IMG/VR virus record: IMGVR_UViG_3300033143_005075
Location: 1-64,000 of that record
DNA: 64,000 nt
Source: an uncultured virus (IMG/VR IMGVR_UViG_3300033143_005075)
Lineage: Duplodnaviria; Heunggongvirae; Uroviricota; Caudoviricetes
Direction: 5' to 3' (one strand)
Within the stretch, counting starts at the first letter, position 1. Each line of letters begins with the position of its first letter. The notes under the pieces are model-generated. The model did no database searches. It was not told the origin of the DNA and saw only the letters and a list, made by a program, of their open reading frames with translations. Positions 58,170-64,000 of this stretch are shown one piece after another. Both the position numbers and the translations under genes were made by a program.

Positions 58170-60078
58170 ATTTAAATATTAGATTGCCAAACCAGTTAAA
58201 CCACCAAACACGAAACCAATTTCTTCCTTTACTTTCAACATGAATTGTCTCTCTTGTTGTATTAGCTATTGCTTTTGGTGCATCCGTTACTGTATCAACA
58301 GCTACTCCTGTTATAGTAGCAGCTGCACCGGCTACAGCGGTTTGTACCTGCTGTCGAGTTAAGGGTTGGTTAGGGCCGTTACCTTCAGCTTCTGTCATGA
58401 ATGTATGCAAAGCTGTTACACCTGTTACATTCATGACACTTGGTGTGTGTCCTCTTTGTCCTATTTCTATTGTGACACCAGCTGCTGCTGGATTTGTTGT
58501 TGACCTCTTATGTTGTGAGTAATAATCTGTGAGAGTAATGGTCTTAAGTAATGTCTCAAGACACTCTCGGAATTTCTCATCTAGATAATAGTATTCATCA
58601 TCAATCTTATAGAGCCGTCGATGAGGCGTTTCAACGCCATCATCGGCTTCACTTAATGAAGGAACAGTAGGAACTGTGGGTCTATCTCCTGTCTTTTGTA
58701 GAATTGCATTACCACTTGATCCGTATCTTGTGGATACATCATTCTCTAGAATAGATACATCTTCGTTTGCTTTAGCAAATCGTAGATGGAGTTGGTGATT
58801 ATTCTTAGTGAAATGTTCACTACTAAATATATGTTTGCGGCTACTACCACTTACTCCGAAATCAACTGTCTTACCTGGTATACGATCAGCTGATACGAAT
58901 ACATGCGAATCAAATATATTAAGAGCTTGCAGAAATTCATTGATAGAGTTTACATTGAGACAATTTCTAAACATATCAACGCGATCTGGCGCAGTCATTG
59001 CTGCCATTGCTTGAACCATTTTTAAATCATTATTTCCTGAGTTGCACTTCGTATAGTAATATTTTAGTGCTGCTACTGAAATCATGATTTGATCAAATTG
59101 TGAAAGCTGAGTAAGTATAACTTTCTCCAGAAACGCATTTGCAACTGTTGGTGTGCTTGCTTCATTTGCTATAGCTATAGCTTCTTCTTTCTCGTTTGAA
59201 TCATTCTTATCTAATCCTAGTCCTGGTGGATCCGAAGTAGTACTATCACTCACTGCATTGTTATATATGTCTTCCCATCGTGTAACCTGACTCTTTATTA
59301 GATGTTCTCTAGCTGATTGATATGTTGAATCTCCATAAGTGAATTGTGGGCCAAATGATAAATGCGGACTCTGAGAATCAATTGCTCTTGCAACAAATCC
59401 TTTGATCTCGAACAATAGAGGATTACCTGTTATTCCGAGGGTTAGTCTTCTGCTATCTCCTGGCCTATATAGATAAGGTGCAAATCTACTATTACTATTT
59501 TCAGAAAAGAACCTTTTGTTATATCTATCAATTAAAATACTAAGGCCATTAAAGAAATCATCGAAACTGAGCTGACAAATACCAAATCTAGAACTTATAG
59601 TAGAGATTGAGGGAACGCGAGATGCTTTCGTCATATCTAGTAACGATCTGGTAGCAAAGAATGCTTTAATAAATCTCCAGTCTGGAATTTCCCGTTCAGA
59701 ACCAATGGAGCTTCCACCACCAACCGACATACTAAAATTATCCGGGTTCTCAGAATGAAAGTGGTTCTTAAATAGAGCTAGTGTTGCATACTTAAATACC
59801 CAATCGTATTTGTCTGCTTCTGTACCAGTTAGTTTATCTAGGTTTGTTAGCACCCAGTTGCCCGCGGTTGAGTTTTTATCTGTGGTTTCTCCTGCTTCTG
59901 AAGCAGACTTCGGTTTCAGTTTTCTATATTCAGCATTCACCACTCCTGGATCGATTTCAGAGTTTGCCCAAGTTGGTATGCCGAATAGAGAGCCATTCAG
60001 ATATATTCCATTACGAGGATTTAGTGATTTGATACTAAAGAGATGATGATATGAGTCCCGTATTGTTGATATTGCCAT
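58132..60078 (-). CDS. hypothetical protein, possibly virion-associated
   Basis: 648 aa ORF, last gene of the - strand run. Confidence 0.6.
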   Translation of the reverse strand: MAISTIRDSYHHLFSIKSLNPRNGIYLNGSLFGIPTWANSEIDPGVVNAEYRKLKPKSASEAGETTDKNSTAGNWVLTNLDKLTGTEADKYDWVFKYATLALFKNHFHSENPDNFSMSVGGGSSIGSEREIPDWRFIKAFFATRSLLDMTKASRVPSISTISSRFGICQLSFDDFFNGLSILIDRYNKRFFSENSNSRFAPYLYRPGDSRRLTLGITGNPLLFEIKGFVARAIDSQSPHLSFGPQFTYGDSTYQSAREHLIKSQVTRWEDIYNNAVSDSTTSDPPGLGLDKNDSNEKEEAIAIANEASTPTVANAFLEKVILTQLSQFDQIMISVAALKYYYTKCNSGNNDLKMVQAMAAMTAPDRVDMFRNCLNVNSINEFLQALNIFDSHVFVSADRIPGKTVDFGVSGSSRKHIFSSEHFTKNNHQLHLRFAKANEDVSILENDVSTRYGSSGNAILQKTGDRPTVPTVPSLSEADDGVETPHRRLYKIDDEYYYLDEKFRECLETLLKTITLTDYYSQHKRSTTNPAAAGVTIEIGQRGHTPSVMNVTGVTALHTFMTEAEGNGPNQPLTRQQVQTAVAGAAATITGVAVDTVTDAPKAIANTTRETIHVESKGRNWFRVWWFNWFGNLIFKSNVSSKPRIRCV

Positions 60079-61040
60079 TATATCACCATGATTTCCTTGA
60101 TCTTTGCCGCGGTGTTGGCCGGGCTGGTCTCTTCAGTATACTCTATAACCTTTCGTATGTCAATTGAGTTAATTACCTTCTGAGGGTCTTCTATGACCTC
60201 TCTGATGCTGTCTCTATAGTTGTCCTTCATACGATAGACAACACCTTCTGGAAGACCATCAAATTGAGGATAGCTTGGCACCACAACAGGCCGCCCGCTT
60301 GCTAATGCAACGCGGGCAGTGCCGCTTGCATTGTACGTATCACCACCATCAGCCTGAACGAGAAGGATCATGTCACACTTCTTGTTCAGTGCTTTAATGA
60401 TGTCGGATTTGTCTTTGTAATAATTAAAATCGAATGTAACTCTATCTTCGAAACCCTGACGCCGGCAAACACTCCTGCACCTATCCAGATATGATTTAGA
60501 GATCTGGAAGTGTTTCAGAGTTACGTCATTAATAGTGCTTACGATATGAAGATGCATATCTAGATTATATCCCAGCTCCATGATGCCTCTGATAAGACAT
60601 GTTCTGGGGACAGCAAAGCCATGCATCCCAATAGTGAAAATGTTCTCTGCTTTTGTCTCGTCTGGAGAGTCTGTGATAGGTTCAGAGTAGTGCTGTATTA
60701 CATAGATAGGAATAGTAATAACCTGAGCGAGTTTTGATTTCATGATCTCAGTGGAGACAAACACACCCTCACATAACTCGTTGATCTTTCTGTGAGTGAT
60801 CTGGTTGTTCGGATTGGTAAGATTTACAGAGTGCATGTAAATAAAGGTTTTAGGACGCAGCACTTCTATTTGTTCCCAACAATCACCATCATATGCGTAC
60901 TCATGTTCTAGTAAGATAACATCTGGAGAAATAATGACTGAATCATTTATCTCCATGTTAAGATAAGAGTTCAGTCCTTTGGCAAACTCGGCTATTCCGC
61001 ACTTCTTCTTAAGAGTTGGAACTAGGTGCAGATTCATCAT
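60078..61040 (-). CDS. GT-B glycosyltransferase
   Basis: CGIAEF, HEY, SGTARVALASGRPVVV. Confidence 0.7.
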   Translation of the reverse strand: MMNLHLVPTLKKKCGIAEFAKGLNSYLNMEINDSVIISPDVILLEHEYAYDGDCWEQIEVLRPKTFIYMHSVNLTNPNNQITHRKINELCEGVFVSTEIMKSKLAQVITIPIYVIQHYSEPITDSPDETKAENIFTIGMHGFAVPRTCLIRGIMELGYNLDMHLHIVSTINDVTLKHFQISKSYLDRCRSVCRRQGFEDRVTFDFNYYKDKSDIIKALNKKCDMILLVQADGGDTYNASGTARVALASGRPVVVPSYPQFDGLPEGVVYRMKDNYRDSIREVIEDPQKVINSIDIRKVIEYTEETSPANTAAKIKEIMVI

Positions 61041-61336
61041 ATACTCTCCTCATCTAAGTCATGGACCTCACAGACATCTGGTATGATCATAACTGATCCC
61101 TTGATGTCCTTATCCTTCATCCATTGTATGATCGGCTCGGCTCTCTTAAGCACATTTTCCTTTCTGATCCGAGTGTCCCTAATAAGGATCAAAATGGGCG
61201 TCCCAGGATTTTCTTTACGTTTTTGGTTGATGATCTCAATATCATCTGTAGGAAATGGCTCCCAATTACTCACAAATGCTATGTGAGGTTCCTGCATGTC
61301 TACGTTAGTCCAATACGGCACTAGTGTATTCTTCAT
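61037..61336 (-). CDS. small protein, degenerate cytidylyltransferase-like
   Basis: FVSNWEPF, ILIRDT, IIPDV pattern. Confidence 0.4.
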   Translation of the reverse strand: MKNTLVPYWTNVDMQEPHIAFVSNWEPFPTDDIEIINQKRKENPGTPILILIRDTRIRKENVLKRAEPIIQWMKDKDIKGSVMIIPDVCEVHDLDEESI

Positions 61337-61339
61337 TGC

Positions 61340-62131
61340 TTATCCTTTGAAAGGCTTGAGAGCCTTATAGTATTCTTTATTTGTCATGGTATCGGGCAAC
61401 CATTTGGTTGCAAGAGCATGCATTTTGATCTCTTCGGTGCTGTTTCCTGGGCTTCTGATCCTAGCTTCTGTTCCAACTGGATCATTGCTCCCATAGTGGT
61501 TATATCGTGCAATCGCCTGTTCCACGGTAGCGAGGCAGTGATAGTGGTCCACTCTTAGAGTCTTACTATTTGCATGTATCTTATTGTTACCACGTTGTAC
61601 CTCGGATCCATCCTCGTATACTATCCATTCAAAGATCGAGTCTTTTGTCTTGAAGTTCAAACCTTTATGCATGCGATATACACGCATTTGGTTGGTGTCT
61701 ATCCTATCAAGATTGTTTGCTATGAAGAACTTTCCATCTATAAATCGTTCGATGTTCATTAGCTTTACAATGATGCCATTGTATTTATCAGATCGAATAG
61801 CTTCACTGACTGCCTTCGCATTAGCCTCAGAATATATCTCATCCGAGTCTATCTGCCATGTCCATAAGTTGGAGTCATGGTTACCAGTTACATCCACATG
61901 TTCATTGTGCTTATTGAAGAGAGACCCCATCTGAGAAGCCACTATGTGCAGTGGCTTCTTGGAAGATGCCTTCAGTTTCTGTAGATACTCCCAGGTACCA
62001 TCAGTGCTCCTCTTTCCTTTAAAGGATCCATCTACTATGACTAGCTCATCTATTAGGTCATAGACAGCATCTATACTGTAGGGCAGTGTCACAATGTTGT
62101 TGTAACAAATCCAGCATGCAACAATCTTCAT
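61340..62131 (-). CDS. GT2-family glycosyltransferase
   Basis: ICYN, VIVDGS, STDGT, IDSDE. Confidence 0.8.
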   Translation of the reverse strand: MKIVACWICYNNIVTLPYSIDAVYDLIDELVIVDGSFKGKRSTDGTWEYLQKLKASSKKPLHIVASQMGSLFNKHNEHVDVTGNHDSNLWTWQIDSDEIYSEANAKAVSEAIRSDKYNGIIVKLMNIERFIDGKFFIANNLDRIDTNQMRVYRMHKGLNFKTKDSIFEWIVYEDGSEVQRGNNKIHANSKTLRVDHYHCLATVEQAIARYNHYGSNDPVGTEARIRSPGNSTEEIKMHALATKWLPDTMTNKEYYKALKPFKG

Positions 62132-62142
62132 ATTATTCTCCT

Positions 62143-62886
62143 TTAATCTTCTGTTCCAAATAGACTTCTTATAGGTGCAAATCGACAGTTGTGTTCTGAT
62201 GGAAATGTTAACAATGGCTTTGTTGCCCGATCCTTGCTCTTGTAGTGCTTGTATAGCTGTTTCTTATCAAACATCATTTTGTAGTGCCACATACTATATG
62301 CACCAACCATGTCCTTGATATCTGCCAGTCGTTTGTTATACTTGTTACTAAAGAGACAACAATCAATTCCATTCAGGTTACGTATATCTTTGAAGACTAT
62401 ATCTGGAGTGTTTTTAATAAGTCTTGGTACACTATGATGGCCATTGATTCGTATATGAGGCAAGAACTTATTTCCTGGCACTACTTCATATTGTAGCTGA
62501 CTAAAGGATAGAAATGCAGGATTCTTCTCTATCAGATTGTGGAAATCCGTGTGTTCGTGATACAATTCATCTACATCTTTCATTAATATATGCGTGCCCG
62601 AACACTTAGATATAGCATATGTTCTACGTTCCATTTCATTAAAGCCATCGGCAGTTCTTTCACGACCAGATACAGTTCTCTTTCTGCCATATCTCTGTCG
62701 CATTGGATATAGTTTGATCTTACTAAATCTATTAGCCATTCTATCTAGAAGCTCTGCTGTGCCGTCGGTACTCTCTCCATCGGTAATGATTAACTCATCA
62801 ACGAACTGTAGTAAGTTCATGATGGATAACTTTATAATGGGTTTCTCATTATAACTGATCATATATCCGGAGAGCTTTATCTTCAT
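62143..62886 (-). CDS. GT2-family glycosyltransferase
   Basis: ISYNE, DGESTDGT, KDVDE. Confidence 0.82.
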   Translation of the reverse strand: MKIKLSGYMISYNEKPIIKLSIMNLLQFVDELIITDGESTDGTAELLDRMANRFSKIKLYPMRQRYGRKRTVSGRERTADGFNEMERRTYAISKCSGTHILMKDVDELYHEHTDFHNLIEKNPAFLSFSQLQYEVVPGNKFLPHIRINGHHSVPRLIKNTPDIVFKDIRNLNGIDCCLFSNKYNKRLADIKDMVGAYSMWHYKMMFDKKQLYKHYKSKDRATKPLLTFPSEHNCRFAPIRSLFGTED

Positions 62887-63437
62887 TTGATTATCTCCAG
62901 TATGATTCCATATGATCTCGAACTAAATCTCTCAATGAACCTCATAGTATCGCTATTCATAATCTGTGGTTTTATGTGTGCCATATTCTTGAGGTGGTCT
63001 TTGTATTTAGGATACATATGGACACTGAAATCATATCGATTGAAGAGATCCAGGAAGATAGATAGACTTGGAACGACACAGTCATGTTTATGATTATATC
63101 CTTTAAGAAGATCTTCTATCCGTTGACCATCAGGTCCAAATGGGAACCAGTGTACGGAAGCAATCCTTGCTGTTCTGATTGATTCCGACATGAATTTCGC
63201 TTGGTTGTTCACATGTTCTAACGTAGCAATCGATGTCGTGACATCGAAGCTGTTATCTTTATATGGGAGGTTCGTGCCATCGATTCCATTATTGATATTA
63301 GCATCAGTTACTTTGGCTGTCAGAAACTGTTGCAGTCTTCTGAATCCTCCAATATCCAACACAGTAGAAGGATCATATTTCTTGACATATGAAGCGACAG
63401 CATTATGGATTACTTTAGATACTTCAGGGATATGCAC
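62883..63437 (-). CDS. class I SAM-dependent methyltransferase
   Basis: VLDIGG, LPYKDNSFDV, TLEHV. Confidence 0.82.
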   Translation of the reverse strand: MHIPEVSKVIHNAVASYVKKYDPSTVLDIGGFRRLQQFLTAKVTDANINNGIDGTNLPYKDNSFDVTTSIATLEHVNNQAKFMSESIRTARIASVHWFPFGPDGQRIEDLLKGYNHKHDCVVPSLSIFLDLFNRYDFSVHMYPKYKDHLKNMAHIKPQIMNSDTMRFIERFSSRSYGIILEIIK

Positions 63438-64000
63438 CTAGTCTCCTTCGTGTTTCTTGACAAACTGTAGTATCCCGTCCACCCTGAAATTGATATTGTG
63501 TTGTCTCTTACATCGTTCGTGTGCCCTCTTGCCAATCTCTGCTAGCTGCTCTGGATGTTTCATATAGTGGTTTAACTTGGACAAGATGTCGCTGTATGTG
63601 GTATATGTAATAATTTCCTTGTCATTGAACACCATAGCAATTTCTGGTCGTGCTCTGGTGATAACAGGTACCCCACATGCTGCATACTCGAACATGCGGT
63701 GCGCCAGTGGGCTCCAGTCGTCTTGCACATCCAGTCCTATCTGGCTCTTACCGATAATGCGCAGAAACTTCTCTCCAGTAATAAATCCATGGTTCTCGGG
63801 ATGAGAATTCCATTGGGCACCAAATGCTAGTATTCTATAGGATGTCTCTGATCGTAATTTGTTAACGAATTTGATCCTTGTTTGCTTGTCGTGAAACCAT
63901 GGATGGGTACCCAGTCCGATGACTGATACATCTATATTCTTGGGTGTATCCATTACCTTATGATACCTGAAATCACATGCTGTCTGGTTATAATGCATAG
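63438..64000 (-). CDS. CgeB-like glycosyltransferase (5'-truncated by window edge)
   Basis: RMFEYAACG, EIGKRAHER...H. Confidence 0.8.
   Translation of the reverse strand, partial: MHYNQTACDFRYHKVMDTPKNIDVSVIGLGTHPWFHDKQTRIKFVNKLRSETSYRILAFGAQWNSHPENHGFITGEKFLRIIGKSQIGLDVQDDWSPLAHRMFEYAACGVPVITRARPEIAMVFNDKEIITYTTYSDILSKLNHYMKHPEQLAEIGKRAHERCKRQHNINFRVDGILQFVKKHEGD

Noticed and set aside
1..64000. Stop-codon reassignment (alternative genetic code)
   Set aside because: Long conserved genes are intact under code 11, and TAA, TAG and TGA all terminate genes at sensible boundaries
1..64000. Archaeal virus or cellular chromosome origin
   Set aside because: Peptidoglycan hydrolases, sigma70-like promoters and DnaG/DnaX indicate a bacterial host; divergent mosaic genes and the absence of housekeeping operons indicate a virus. 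No capsid gene is in the window, so a megaplasmid-like element is not strictly excluded

Overview
Gene-dense, AT-rich 64 kb segment of a large, probably jumbo, dsDNA bacteriophage read in the standard bacterial code. Evidence for a bacterial host: Shine-Dalgarno AGGAG sites, sigma70-like TTGACA promoters and two peptidoglycan hydrolases. The class III RNR suggests an anaerobic host. Positions 1-58.1 kb are + strand and carry transcription, replication, recombination and nucleotide-metabolism genes. These include a single-chain beta/beta'-fused RNA polymerase, ClpA/B-like and Ycf46-like AAA ATPases, UDG, SSB, two RecA-family proteins, a Rad50-like ATPase, family B DNA polymerase, a DnaN-like clamp, a DnaX-like loader, a DnaG-DnaB fusion, SF2 and SNF2 helicases, NrdDG and RuvC. 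Positions 58.1-64 kb are a - strand glycosyl-/methyltransferase cluster. Main oddities: (1) an intein in the SNF2 helicase whose apparent endonuclease is hidden in the +1 frame with its own RBS; (2) a ~315 nt closed, multi-stem ncRNA with 7-nt tandem repeats directly behind a coiled-coil protein gene; (3) two tRNA-shaped RNAs carrying large structured inserts in place of the anticodon loop; (4) a shared [ILM]FDP motif in many unrelated proteins. All family assignments are by motif recognition only; no database search was run.
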